From: a virus
Lineage: Duplodnaviria; Caudoviricetes
Virus record (IMG/VR): IMGVR_UViG_3300021958_000024
Strand: one strand, 5' to 3'
DNA length: 64,000 nucleotides
Part shown: piece by piece, positions 32,539-41,520 of the stretch
Layout: the number at the start of each line of letters is the position of its first letter
Numbering within the stretch: position 1 is the first letter of the stretch
The notes under the pieces: generated by a model
Seen by the model: only the letters and a program-made list of their open reading frames with translations
Database searches by the model: none
Told to the model about the DNA's origin: nothing
Translations under genes and position numbers: made by a program

Positions 32539-32587
32539 AAAGCGTCACATGGATCGTCCTACGGGGCGATCTTTTTTTGTATACTGA
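32438..32587 (+). CDS. Small basic 49-aa protein overlapping the epimerase 3' end
   Basis: MKVPNWQHHSKKEQKRKLKPQALRARKEALRQFKKRHMDRPTGRSFFVY*; TATAAATA at 32403-32410. Confidence 0.6.
   Translation: MKVPNWQHHSKKEQKRKLKPQALRARKEALRQFKKRHMDRPTGRSFFVY
32552..32578 (+). terminator. Rho-independent terminator overlapping the next early promoter
   Basis: GATCGTCC-TACG-GGGCGATC followed by T7. Confidence 0.8.
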
Positions 32588-32607
32588 CTTCAGTTCAAAC
32601 AAAAACC

Positions 32608-34722
32608 ATGACCGTCAACCTGGAAATCAAGGGTCAACTTGCAAAACTTCTAGCAACTGAAGATCTGGTTGTAGAACATAAAAAAGTAGAAACGGCAATG
32701 TTCAATGTCGATACTCGCGTATTGACCCTTCCTATGTGGAAGAAAGCGAGTAACGAAGTATATGACATGCTTGTTTCTCATGAAGTTGGACATGCACTGT
32801 TTACTCCTAATGAGGATCCAACTATTAAAGTGCCGATGCAGTTTATCAATATTGTAGAAGATGCTCGTATTGAGAAGATGATGAAACGAAAATATGCTGG
32901 CATTCCTAAAACTTTTCGTCGCGGTTATCTTCAACTTCATGAGGATGATTTCTTCTGCCTTGAAAATGAAGATATTTCTTCAATGAATCTTGCTGATCGT
33001 GTTAATCTCTTGTTTAAAGTTGGATCTTTCATGGAAGTTCCAATCAAGAACAGTAAAGAATCTGATATTGTTGATATGGTTGCCAATGCAGAAACTTTCT
33101 TTGATGTACAAATAGCTGCAGAAGCTCTTTACAAATATTGTAAAGAAGAGCAAGAAGCAAATACTAAAACAGATATTCCCGATCAAAAAACTAATCCCCA
33201 AGACTCTGGGCAGGGAGATTGTCAGACCGAAGATATGCAACAAACTGAAGAGCAGCAAGAAGAGCAAGAACAGCAAGAAACTAATACTTCTCCCAGTATG
33301 GCAGGTGGTTCTTTTAAAAGTGAAGAACCAGATGAAGAGGAATCTTATGGTGGAACAGATCCAGAAGTAAAGACTGATAGTGCATTTAATGACAGCATTA
33401 AAAATCTTGTTGATCTAAATTCTGTTGGAAATAACTATGTAGAACTTCCTGACTTAAATCTTGAAACCGTAATCAACTCAAATAATAAAGTTCATTCTGT
33501 TATTTCAGATCACTTTAATATTTTTGAGAGTGAAGTGTTTTCTACTGTAGATAAAACTTTCCGCGAGTATAAAAAAACTGCACAGAAAGAAGTCAACTAT
33601 CTTGTGAAAGAGTTTGAGTGTAAGAAAGCAGCAGATTCTTATTCCCGTTCTAGTACTTCCCGCACGGGTGTTCTAGATTGCACTAAACTCCACACTTACA
33701 AATACAATGAAGATCTGTTCAAAAAAGTAACAGTTATTCCTGATGGTAAGAATCACGGTCTGGTATTTATTTTGGATTGGTCTGGTTCAATGTCAAGTGT
33801 TCTTATGGACACTTTGAAACAGTTGTATAATCTTATCTGGTTCTGCAAAAAAACAAATATTCCTTTTAGAGTATATGCGTTTACTTTTGAATTTAATAGC
33901 ATTGATTATTATAAAACCAATCAACCAATCTATCATTACGATAAAAAAGTTGGTCTTCTTTGTGTAGATGAAAGATTCTCTTTGATGGAGTTCTTTACTT
34001 CTAAAGTAACTTCTAAAGAACTAGAAACTCAAATGAAAAACATTTGGAGGATTGCATATCAGTTTCGGCATTATGTTGAATATAATGTTCATCCAAAACT
34101 TGGTCTGTCTGGAACACCACTTAACGAATCTGTAATCGCACTTAATAAGATTATTCCTTTGGTTAAAAAACAAGAAAATCTTCAAAAAATTCATTGTGTT
34201 ATTTTGACTGACGGAGAATCAGGTCACCTTCCCTATCACAAAGAGTTTAATCGTAAGTGGGATCAACCAGGAGAATCATATATTGGATCTGCTAGACTTT
34301 CTTTCAATAGTTATGTGCGTAGTCGTAAAACTGGAAAAGTGCATGAGGTTCCACAAGAATGGAGTAAGTTTACTGAAACTTTATTGACTTGTGTTAAAGA
34401 CGAAAACCCAACTGTAAACTTTATTGGTATTCGTATTATTGAACGTGACGTGTCTTCTTTTATTCGCCAATCCACTGGTTGGTATAGTGATGAGTATGAC
34501 CATGCGATAAAGCAGTGGAAAAAAGAAAAGTGTGTTTCTCTTTCTTCAAATGGTTATACTAAAAAGTTTGGATTTTCCGCATACTTTATGTCTCAAGAAG
34601 TTGACTTTAATGTTAAAGAAGATGCAACTAAGACTCAAATCAAAAGTGCATTTATTAAATCACTTAAAGCTAAAAAACTAAATAAAAAAATCCTAGGAGA
34701 ATTTGTAGAGGTTATTTGCTGA
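32608..34722 (+). CDS. Metallopeptidase-motif/VWA protein (CobT-like partner of CobS)
   Basis: HEVGH, NIVEDARIE, MIDAS DWSGS, LSGTPL, LTDGE. Confidence 0.85.
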   Translation: MTVNLEIKGQLAKLLATEDLVVEHKKVETAMFNVDTRVLTLPMWKKASNEVYDMLVSHEVGHALFTPNEDPTIKVPMQFINIVEDARIEKMMKRKYAGIPKTFRRGYLQLHEDDFFCLENEDISSMNLADRVNLLFKVGSFMEVPIKNSKESDIVDMVANAETFFDVQIAAEALYKYCKEEQEANTKTDIPDQKTNPQDSGQGDCQTEDMQQTEEQQEEQEQQETNTSPSMAGGSFKSEEPDEEESYGGTDPEVKTDSAFNDSIKNLVDLNSVGNNYVELPDLNLETVINSNNKVHSVISDHFNIFESEVFSTVDKTFREYKKTAQKEVNYLVKEFECKKAADSYSRSSTSRTGVLDCTKLHTYKYNEDLFKKVTVIPDGKNHGLVFILDWSGSMSSVLMDTLKQLYNLIWFCKKTNIPFRVYAFTFEFNSIDYYKTNQPIYHYDKKVGLLCVDERFSLMEFFTSKVTSKELETQMKNIWRIAYQFRHYVEYNVHPKLGLSGTPLNESVIALNKIIPLVKKQENLQKIHCVILTDGESGHLPYHKEFNRKWDQPGESYIGSARLSFNSYVRSRKTGKVHEVPQEWSKFTETLLTCVKDENPTVNFIGIRIIERDVSSFIRQSTGWYSDEYDHAIKQWKKEKCVSLSSNGYTKKFGFSAYFMSQEVDFNVKEDATKTQIKSAFIKSLKAKKLNKKILGEFVEVIC

Positions 34723-34907
34723 TGAGAAATCCAGAAGAAGCATTTACTCGTTGCCCTTATTGTGGGGAATCGAATAGACCTTGTTCTCAAATAACTAGTC
34801 TGGCAACGGCATACGCAAGAGATGCTTGTAGAAAAAAATCCTTGGGTGTGCCATTTACATCTCTGTCCACTCTGCCTCCGACTCTGCCCCACTCTGCCCT
34901 ATACTAA
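34722..34907 (+). CDS. Small Cys-rich hypothetical protein
   Basis: MRNPEEAFTRCPYCGESNRPC...; ATG overlaps the upstream stop. Confidence 0.5.
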   Translation: MRNPEEAFTRCPYCGESNRPCSQITSLATAYARDACRKKSLGVPFTSLSTLPPTLPHSALY

Positions 34908-34924
34908 CTTCAGTTCAAACAAAC
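34861..34924 (+). promoter_or_regulatory. Early promoter with CTCTG(C/T)C repeats and a TATACT -10
   Basis: Four CTCTGYC units, then TATACTAACTTCAGTTCAAACAAA, nearly identical to 32580-32603. Confidence 0.65.
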
Positions 34925-34934
34925 ACCCCAACCA

Positions 34935-36044
34935 ATGGCACTTTCCACTGATTACGTCCGTACCTCTCTCCAGTCACTTTATGGCGACAAAATTACAGCA
35001 GGAGATATTCGTGCTTGGTGTGCTATGAATGGTAGCAACTACCAAACTGTCACTAACAAACTTGTTCAATACAAGGTTAGTCGCGGTAGTTGGGATCTTA
35101 CCGTTCGGGAACAAATGGAGCAAACCTACCAGTCTATCCCTGCAATTCTTCCCGAACGGGAACTGCAAAATCTTATTCCAACTAAAGATGATACCTTTGT
35201 CCGCTTTGGTCATTTCAGCGATATTCGTAAGATTATTCAGTCCAGTCTTTTTTATCCTACGTTTATTACGGGTATGTCTGGTAATGGTAAAACTCTGTCT
35301 GTTGAGCAGGCATGTGCTTCTCTAAATAGGGAGATGATTCGAGTGAACATTACCATTGAAACTGATGAAGATGACCTTATTGGTGGATTCCGTCTTGTCA
35401 ACGGTGAGACCGTTTGGCACAATGGTCCAGTCGTCGAAGCGTTGGAACGCGGTGCGATTCTATTGCTTGACGAGATTGACTTGGCTTCCAACAAGATTCT
35501 TTGCCTTCAATCCGTCCTCGAAGGAAAAGGAGTCTTCCTGAAAAAGATTGGTAAGTATGTCCGTCCTGCTGCTGGATTCAATGTATTTGCTACTGCTAAC
35601 ACTAAAGGAAAAGGTTCTGATGATGGACGTTTCATTGGCACTAATGTTCTGAATGAGGCATTCCTTGAGCGATTCCCAGTAACTCTAGAGCAAGAGTATC
35701 CTACTCCTGCAACTGAGCAAAAGATCCTTGAAGGTATTGCTTTGGATTTGGGTGTAGAGGATCGTGATTTCTGCAAGCGCCTAGTAGATTGGGCTGACGT
35801 TATTCGCAAAACGTTCTATGATGGTGGTATTGATGAGATCATCAGCACTCGTCGTCTAGTCCACATTATCCGTGCCTACAGCATCTTCCAAGATAAAGCA
35901 AAGGCAATCCAAGTTTGTGTCAATCGTTTCGATGATGAGACCAAACAATCTTTTATCGAACTATATGACAAGTTTGATGCCGATTTCAAAATGCCTTCTG
36001 AAGATCAGCAAAAGCAGTGTCTTGATGACCACAATTTTTCTTGA
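34935..36044 (+). CDS. cobS: MoxR-type AAA+ ATPase (phage CobS-like)
   Basis: GMSGNGKT, LLLDEID, ATANTKGKG, NEAFLERF. Confidence 0.9.
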   Translation: MALSTDYVRTSLQSLYGDKITAGDIRAWCAMNGSNYQTVTNKLVQYKVSRGSWDLTVREQMEQTYQSIPAILPERELQNLIPTKDDTFVRFGHFSDIRKIIQSSLFYPTFITGMSGNGKTLSVEQACASLNREMIRVNITIETDEDDLIGGFRLVNGETVWHNGPVVEALERGAILLLDEIDLASNKILCLQSVLEGKGVFLKKIGKYVRPAAGFNVFATANTKGKGSDDGRFIGTNVLNEAFLERFPVTLEQEYPTPATEQKILEGIALDLGVEDRDFCKRLVDWADVIRKTFYDGGIDEIISTRRLVHIIRAYSIFQDKAKAIQVCVNRFDDETKQSFIELYDKFDADFKMPSEDQQKQCLDDHNFS

Positions 36045-36069
36045 CTCAAATCCATTCTCTTGATATAAT
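36041..36069 (+). promoter_or_regulatory. sigma70-type early promoter
   Basis: TTGACT-N17-TATAAT with TG extension. Confidence 0.75.
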
Positions 36070-36074
36070 CATCT

Positions 36075-36542
36075 ATGACAACATTTGATGAAACCTTCTA
36101 TCAAAATATTATGAGCTCCAATCAAGACGATCTTATTGGCAACGATTATTTGTTTAACCTAAAAACTGATACAGCAGGTAACTTTGTAATGTCTTACGCT
36201 GAAAACAATGATGTTAATATTCCAGAATCTGTGGTTCGTGAATCGACCAATGGGTTTTGGAAATATGAAGAAGATCAAACTCTAAAAGAGATTCAAGATT
36301 ATATTTCTGGCACTTATAAATCTCACTACACTTCTAAAGAATCTAAAACTCAAACTCTTGATTTGATTGAGAGTATTGGTGATGCCGAACCATTTTGCCG
36401 ATCAAATGCTATCAAGTATCTTTCGCGTTTTGGCAAAAAGAATGGAAAATCCAAACAGGATATTCTAAAGGCAATCCATTATTGCATTCTACTTTATCAC
36501 TTCGCTGGTCTTCATAAAAACACTAGCGACTATCCCTATTGA
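36075..36542 (+). CDS. DUF3310-like conserved phage protein
   Basis: HY...FCRSNAIKYLSRFGKKNG...DILKAIHY. Confidence 0.75.
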   Translation: MTTFDETFYQNIMSSNQDDLIGNDYLFNLKTDTAGNFVMSYAENNDVNIPESVVRESTNGFWKYEEDQTLKEIQDYISGTYKSHYTSKESKTQTLDLIESIGDAEPFCRSNAIKYLSRFGKKNGKSKQDILKAIHYCILLYHFAGLHKNTSDYPY

Positions 36543-36565
36543 TCATTAAACTGCGAGATTCAAGC

Positions 36566-37234
36566 ATGAAACTATCAAACAAAACCGTTTCCATTCTAAA
36601 AAACTTTTCCAACATTAATGAATCCATTCTTTTTAAGAAAGGAAACACTCTAAGCACTATTTCTGTTATGCAGAATATTTTTGCTGAAGTTGAAATCGAA
36701 GAAGATATTCCTAAAGATTTTGGTATTTACGATCTAGGTCAGTTCTTGCAGACGCTTGACCTGTATCAGTCTCCAGAACTTGATTTTACAAAGGAAGACT
36801 TCCTGGTTGTTCGTGAAGGCAAGTCTAAAACCAAATACTTTTTTGCTGATGCAAATGTAATCGTAACACCTCCTGAAGAACCAATCAAAGTACCTGAACA
36901 AGACGTAACTTTTAATCTAACAACTGATCAGTTGACTAAGATTCTAAAAGCTGCAACTGTAATGCACCTTCCAGATCTATCAGTTATTGGAGAAGCGGGA
37001 GTTGTGAAAATGGTTGCCCGAGACAAGAGGAATGATACTTCAAATGATTACTCGATTGTAGTTGGGGAAACTAATCATACTTTTACTTTTAACTATCGAG
37101 TAGAAAATCTTAAGATTCTTCCTGGGTCTTATACTGTGATGATTTCTAAAAAGTTTATCTCTAAGTTTGTTAGTAGTAACCATAAACTATCTTACCTGAT
37201 TGCTCTCGAACCCGATTCTTCTTTCGATGATTGA
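36566..37234 (+). CDS. gp45: Sliding clamp gp45
   Basis: MKLSNKTVSILKNFSNIN, FGIYDL, YLIALE. Confidence 0.93.
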   Translation: MKLSNKTVSILKNFSNINESILFKKGNTLSTISVMQNIFAEVEIEEDIPKDFGIYDLGQFLQTLDLYQSPELDFTKEDFLVVREGKSKTKYFFADANVIVTPPEEPIKVPEQDVTFNLTTDQLTKILKAATVMHLPDLSVIGEAGVVKMVARDKRNDTSNDYSIVVGETNHTFTFNYRVENLKILPGSYTVMISKKFISKFVSSNHKLSYLIALEPDSSFDD

Positions 37235-37892
37235 ACCTCTTTCTAACACTGTCTCTTGGGAAAGAACTATCCATAGTTCTTCCGAAGAGTTTTTTGTAAT
37301 CGATAACTTTCTGAGACCAGAACATTTTAGGATGTTTAAAAACTCTGTAGAAAGTTTTGAACAACCTTGGAGTTTTATTCCTTCAGTATCTTCAAAATCT
37401 GATTACGAGACTACTGGACTTAAAAATGCTTATGGATTCACTTTTGTATATGCTTTAGATGATCATTATTTGCATGAAACAATGGCGGCAACTCCATATG
37501 TAGGTGCCTTTAATGAACAAGTAAAAAAATATTTTAAAATGCCATCAAATACTCAAATCCATAGAAGTAATGTTTTTATGACAACTTATCGGGGAGATCA
37601 GGTATTATCTTTTACTCCTCATGTAGATACTGTTATTCCTCACTATACATGCATCTATCATTTTCATAATACAGACGCTCCTACGATTTTCTATAATGAA
37701 ACTCATGAGGGGATTGAACCCTATGAAGGTGAAGTTACTATCAAAGAAAAAGTAGATTCTGTTGAAAATCGATTGATTATGTTTAAGGGGAACACTCTTC
37801 ATTCTGGATGTGTTGCTACCAATGTTCCAAATAGAATTGTTTTAAATACAAACTTTGTTTTTGTAGACGATGTGGACAACCTTAACAGTTGA
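37227..37892 (+). CDS. 2OG-Fe(II) oxygenase superfamily protein
   Basis: VIDNFL, PHVD, ENRLIMFKG..LHSG, RIVLNTNF. Confidence 0.8.
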   Translation: MIEPLSNTVSWERTIHSSSEEFFVIDNFLRPEHFRMFKNSVESFEQPWSFIPSVSSKSDYETTGLKNAYGFTFVYALDDHYLHETMAATPYVGAFNEQVKKYFKMPSNTQIHRSNVFMTTYRGDQVLSFTPHVDTVIPHYTCIYHFHNTDAPTIFYNETHEGIEPYEGEVTIKEKVDSVENRLIMFKGNTLHSGCVATNVPNRIVLNTNFVFVDDVDNLNS

Positions 37893-38028
37893 TGAAGATG
37901 GAGTAGTTACATTTCCTCCAAGTATTATTGAAAAACTTGGATGGGAAGAGGGTGATCTGCTAGAATGGATTGACCGTGGCGACGGTTCATTTGAACTAAA
38001 AAAGAAACTTTATTATGAAAAAGACTGA
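37870..38028 (+). CDS. Small AbrB/MazE/SpoVT-like protein (not in ORF track)
   Basis: MWTTLTVDEDGVVTFPPSIIEKLGWEEGDLLEWIDRGDGSFELKK...; pattern G.(V/L).(F/I)P.....LGW.EGD.L. Confidence 0.7.
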   Translation: MWTTLTVDEDGVVTFPPSIIEKLGWEEGDLLEWIDRGDGSFELKKKLYYEKD

Positions 38029-38962
38029 CTTTCTTTGGGTAGAATCTTACCGCCCAAAGACCATTGAAGATTGTATTTTGCCCGAGCACATTAAAGAAAC
38101 GTTTCAGAGTTTCCTAAATAAGGGCGAAATACCAAACTTGCTACTATCTGGTCCTCCTGGTATTGGAAAAACCACAGTAGCAAAAGCACTTTGCCATCAA
38201 CTAGGAGCGGATTACTATGTCATTAATGGATCCGATGAAGGACGATTTTTGGACACGGTACGGAACCAAGCAAAAAACTTTGCATCGACCGTATCACTTC
38301 AAACGTCTTCTGCACACAAAGTCATCATTATTGACGAAGCAGATAACACAGGGAACGACGTACAACTCCTCCTACGGGCAAATATTGAGGCGTTTTATAG
38401 CAACTGTAGGTTCATCTTTACCTGCAACTACAAAAACAAAATCATTGAACCTCTCCAGTCCAGATGCGCCTGCATCGACTTTACGATTAAATCAAAAGAA
38501 AAACCCAAACTTGCTGCAGGTTTTTATCAGCGCCTTCAAGGAATCTTACAAGAAAATCAAGTAGAGTATGAACCAAAAGTTTTAGGTCAGTTAATCAATA
38601 CTCACTTCCCTGATTGGCGTCGTGTTCTTAATGAGTGTCAGCGTTACTCTGTAAGTGGAAAGATTGACTCTGGCATTCTTACTACCTTCTCTGATGTTTC
38701 TGTAAATGAACTTATCAAAAATCTCAAATCTAAAAACTTTACTGAGGTACGAAAGTGGGTCGTTAATAACCTGGATAACGATTCTGATGTACTTTTGCGT
38801 CGTGTTTACGATGCTCTTACTACATCCCTTGAAAATGCTAGCATTCCTGCTGCTGTGCTTATTATTGCTAGGTATCAGTATCAGATTGCGTTCGTCGCAG
38901 ATCAAGAAATTAATCTTTTGGCGGCGTTGACCGAACTAATGTGTGAGTGTAACTTCAAATGA
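38015..38962 (+). CDS. gp44: Clamp loader large subunit gp44
   Basis: LWVESYRP, GPPGIGKT, IIDEAD, SRC motif. Confidence 0.96.
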   Translation: MKKTDFLWVESYRPKTIEDCILPEHIKETFQSFLNKGEIPNLLLSGPPGIGKTTVAKALCHQLGADYYVINGSDEGRFLDTVRNQAKNFASTVSLQTSSAHKVIIIDEADNTGNDVQLLLRANIEAFYSNCRFIFTCNYKNKIIEPLQSRCACIDFTIKSKEKPKLAAGFYQRLQGILQENQVEYEPKVLGQLINTHFPDWRRVLNECQRYSVSGKIDSGILTTFSDVSVNELIKNLKSKNFTEVRKWVVNNLDNDSDVLLRRVYDALTTSLENASIPAAVLIIARYQYQIAFVADQEINLLAALTELMCECNFK

Positions 38963-39801
38963 AATCTTTGAAAACCCCTCTTCGTTATCCTGGTGGCAAG
39001 TCTCGTGCTTGCTCTAAGATGGATCCATACTTTCCAGACCTACGAAACTATAAAGAATATAGAGAACCATTTCTTGGTGGTGGAAGTGTTGCGATTCACA
39101 TTGCAAAGAAATATCCATCTTTAGATATCTGGGTCAATGACTTATACAATCCTCTGTATAACTTTTGGTGCATCCTTCGTGATAAACCCCTGGAACTCTA
39201 TGAGTGTATAAAAGAATATAAAGAAGAACACAACACCCCAGAACTTGCTAGAGAACTGTTTGATGAAATGAAAGTCTCTTTAAATCATGAAGAGACTTGG
39301 GATTTTTATCGTGCAGTTGCTTTTTATATTATCAACAAGTGTAGTTTCTCTGGTTTAACTGAAAGTTCTTCTTTCTCTCCACAAGCAAGTGTTAGTAACT
39401 TCTCTATGAGAGGGATCGAAAAACTACCAGAATATTCTAAGATTATTAAAGATTGGGAAATTACTAACTTATCCTATGAACAACTCCTTACTGATGACAA
39501 AGAGTGCTTTACCTACCTTGATCCCCCCTACGAGATCGGAAGTAATCTTTACGGTAAGCGAGGGTCGATGCATCGATCCTTCAATCATGACACTTTTGCT
39601 GTTGATTGTGACCGTTTCATCGGTCCTCAACTTATATCTTACAATTCGTCGCAACTGATTCGTGATCGGTTTAAAGGGTGGAATGCTTCTGAATTTGACC
39701 TTACTTATACGATGAGGTCGGTAGGTGATTATATGCAAGAACAAAGAGATAGGAAAGAACTTATTTTGTTTAACTATGAAATGTCAAGTAAAGTTGTATA
39801 A
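38959..39801 (+). CDS. dam: DNA adenine methyltransferase (Dam family)
   Basis: LRYPGGKS, EPFLGGGSV, YLDPPY. Confidence 0.92.
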   Translation: MKSLKTPLRYPGGKSRACSKMDPYFPDLRNYKEYREPFLGGGSVAIHIAKKYPSLDIWVNDLYNPLYNFWCILRDKPLELYECIKEYKEEHNTPELARELFDEMKVSLNHEETWDFYRAVAFYIINKCSFSGLTESSSFSPQASVSNFSMRGIEKLPEYSKIIKDWEITNLSYEQLLTDDKECFTYLDPPYEIGSNLYGKRGSMHRSFNHDTFAVDCDRFIGPQLISYNSSQLIRDRFKGWNASEFDLTYTMRSVGDYMQEQRDRKELILFNYEMSSKVV

Positions 39802-39919
39802 AGCGGGGCAAGTCTTTGCTGAAGAAGTAATCGCAACAGATTATCAAGATGCAAAGAAAGTTGCCCTTGCCCGTAATCCAGGTGCAAAAGTTGTAAGCGT
39901 TACTGCTGTATTTAAATAA
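39776..39919 (+). CDS. Small conserved hypothetical protein
   Basis: MKCQVKLYKAGQVFAEEVIATDYQDAKKVALARNPGAKVVSVTAVFK. Confidence 0.65.
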   Translation: MKCQVKLYKAGQVFAEEVIATDYQDAKKVALARNPGAKVVSVTAVFK

Positions 39920-40311
39920 TGGAACTAAAAGACTGGTTAAATTCTGTTAATCATCTCAAGAATAATCTTGTTGAAACCCCTTCGGATGCAAAAGATTATC
40001 CTCCTTTTATTATGAACAAATGTCTTTCTTCTCATGTAGATTCTTTGATTCATTCAAATCAAATGAATATGAATCATCATTTACCAAAAGATATGCAGTA
40101 TAGTTATTATCTACATGCTCTTAGAGTAAAGAAAAGATTTTCTCCTTGGTTGAGGAAAGAAAAAGTTGATAATCTAGACGCCATCAAAAAATACTATGGT
40201 TATAGTGACCAGAAAGCACATCAAGTTTTGAAAATACTAAATAATAAACAGATCGACATTATCAAATCTAAACTTGAAACTGGTGGAAAAAATGGAAAAT
40301 CAAATTGTTGA
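39919..40311 (+). CDS. gp62: Clamp loader small subunit gp62
   Basis: YPPFIMNKCLS, KKRFSPW, YYGYS. Confidence 0.9.
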   Translation: MELKDWLNSVNHLKNNLVETPSDAKDYPPFIMNKCLSSHVDSLIHSNQMNMNHHLPKDMQYSYYLHALRVKKRFSPWLRKEKVDNLDAIKKYYGYSDQKAHQVLKILNNKQIDIIKSKLETGGKNGKSNC

Positions 40312-40732
40312 ACCTCAGGCTCAATGGAACCCTGGGATGATGATTGAAATAACTTTGGGAGAACCTGATGATTTTCTAAAAGTTCGTGAAACTTTGACTC
40401 GCATTGGAGTTGCTTCTAGAAAAGAAAAGAAACTCTATCAAAGTGCTCACATTCTTCATAAACAGGGAAAATATTATATTACTCATTTCAAGGAGTTATT
40501 TGCCCTTGATGGTAAAAACACAAATCTTACTGTCAATGATCTTCAGAGAAGAAATAGGATTGTAAAACTATTATTTGATTGGGGATTGGTTGATGTAGTA
40601 AATCCAGAAATGATTACTGACATCGCTCCTTTAAATCAAATCAAAGTTCTTCCATATAAGGAAAAGAGTGAATGGATTCTTGAGCAAAAATATAATATTG
40701 GAAAGAAAATTAAGACAAACGAAAATGCCTAA
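40292..40732 (+). CDS. regA: Translational repressor RegA
   Basis: PDDFLKVRETLTRIGVAS, LYQSAHILHKQG, HFKELFALDG; start uncertain. Confidence 0.93.
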   Translation: MENQIVEPQAQWNPGMMIEITLGEPDDFLKVRETLTRIGVASRKEKKLYQSAHILHKQGKYYITHFKELFALDGKNTNLTVNDLQRRNRIVKLLFDWGLVDVVNPEMITDIAPLNQIKVLPYKEKSEWILEQKYNIGKKIKTNENA

Positions 40733-40736
40733 ATAA

Positions 40737-40816
40737 GACTGAGACCTTTCGTGCGGTCTCTACGAAAGTCGGAACACCCTATAAAGAGGTACGGTTATCA
40801 CCTTGCCTCTTTTTTT
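40737..40816 (+). ncRNA. Candidate small structured RNA between regA and hsp20
   Basis: TAAATA box upstream; GAGACC/GGTCTC stem; GAGGTA/TGCCTC terminator hairpin with T run. Confidence 0.45.
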
Positions 40817-40889
40817 GTATTATGTTATAAATATGTATGGATGCCTTCGGGGTCCACAAAACGCAATCTCGCTTTTAGGAGAGCTACAG

Positions 40890-41321
40890 ATGAATAACCT
40901 TACAAAGTACAATGCTGCAAATCTTGACCAACTAATGGAAAGGATTCACAGAAATAGTATTGGTATGGAAGATTATTTTGATCGCATTTTTTCAGTCTCA
41001 GAAACTTTTAAATACCCACCTTATAATCTTATTAATATAAATCATAATGAATCTAAACTTGAAATTGCATTAGCAGGATTTAAACGTAAAGAAGTAGATG
41101 TCTACACAGAAAACGGAAAACTATTTATTGAAGGCAAAAAAGAAAATTCGGAAGAAAAAGTCGATTATGCCTACAAAGGTATGGCTCAACGGTCTTTTGC
41201 TAGAGCATGGGCACTCGCTGAAGATACGGAAGTTGGATCAGTTACTTTTGAGGATGGACTTCTGACAGTTGTCCTTAAGAAAGTTATTCCAGAAGCGCAT
41301 CGAAGGAAAGATTATCTGTAA
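40890..41321 (+). CDS. hsp20: Small heat shock protein (Hsp20/IbpA family)
   Basis: YPPYN, LEIALAGF, GMAQRSFARAW, FEDGLL; AGGAG SD before ATG 40890; TATAAATA at 40826. Confidence 0.93.
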   Translation: MNNLTKYNAANLDQLMERIHRNSIGMEDYFDRIFSVSETFKYPPYNLININHNESKLEIALAGFKRKEVDVYTENGKLFIEGKKENSEEKVDYAYKGMAQRSFARAWALAEDTEVGSVTFEDGLLTVVLKKVIPEAHRRKDYL

Positions 41322-41346
41322 TCCTTAACATTTTGTTTAGATTTAG

Positions 41347-41388
41347 GTTATGATTGATACAGAAATGTTCGTAGTGATACAATATACT
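41347..41388 (+). promoter_or_regulatory. Putative NtcA-type promoter (tandem GTT-N8-TAC boxes)
   Basis: GTT-ATGATTGA-TAC-N22-TATACT; second box GTT-CGTAGTGA-TAC 20 bp downstream. Confidence 0.45.
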
Positions 41389-41420
41389 ATAGATAGTTAT
41401 GTAAACAAAGGAGGATGGAA

Positions 41421-41504
41421 ATGAACTTTACAATCACCACTCTTATGTTTGGATCCATTACAACTCTTTTTAGTTGGATGGTTCTCTCGCCAATACTACC
41501 ATGA
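41421..41504 (+). CDS. 27-aa hydrophobic membrane peptide
   Basis: MNFTITTLMFGSITTLFSWMVLSPILP*; strong AAGGAGG SD. Confidence 0.6.
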   Translation: MNFTITTLMFGSITTLFSWMVLSPILP

Positions 41505-41520
41505 CACATCCTGAACACAT

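Noticed and set aside
32608-36044. Cobalamin biosynthesis as the function of the cobS/cobT-like pair
   Set aside because: No cobN or other cob genes; features fit a generic MoxR AAA+/VWA chaperone pair common in T4-like phages
40737-40770. Hammerhead ribozyme (CTGAGA...CGAAA...GTC)
   Set aside because: Lacks the CUGANGA spacing and I could not form stems I and III; kept only as a generic ncRNA candidate
40803-40889. N-terminal extension of hsp20 given in the ORF track
   Set aside because: Overlaps the terminator, late promoter and leader; the SD supports ATG 40890
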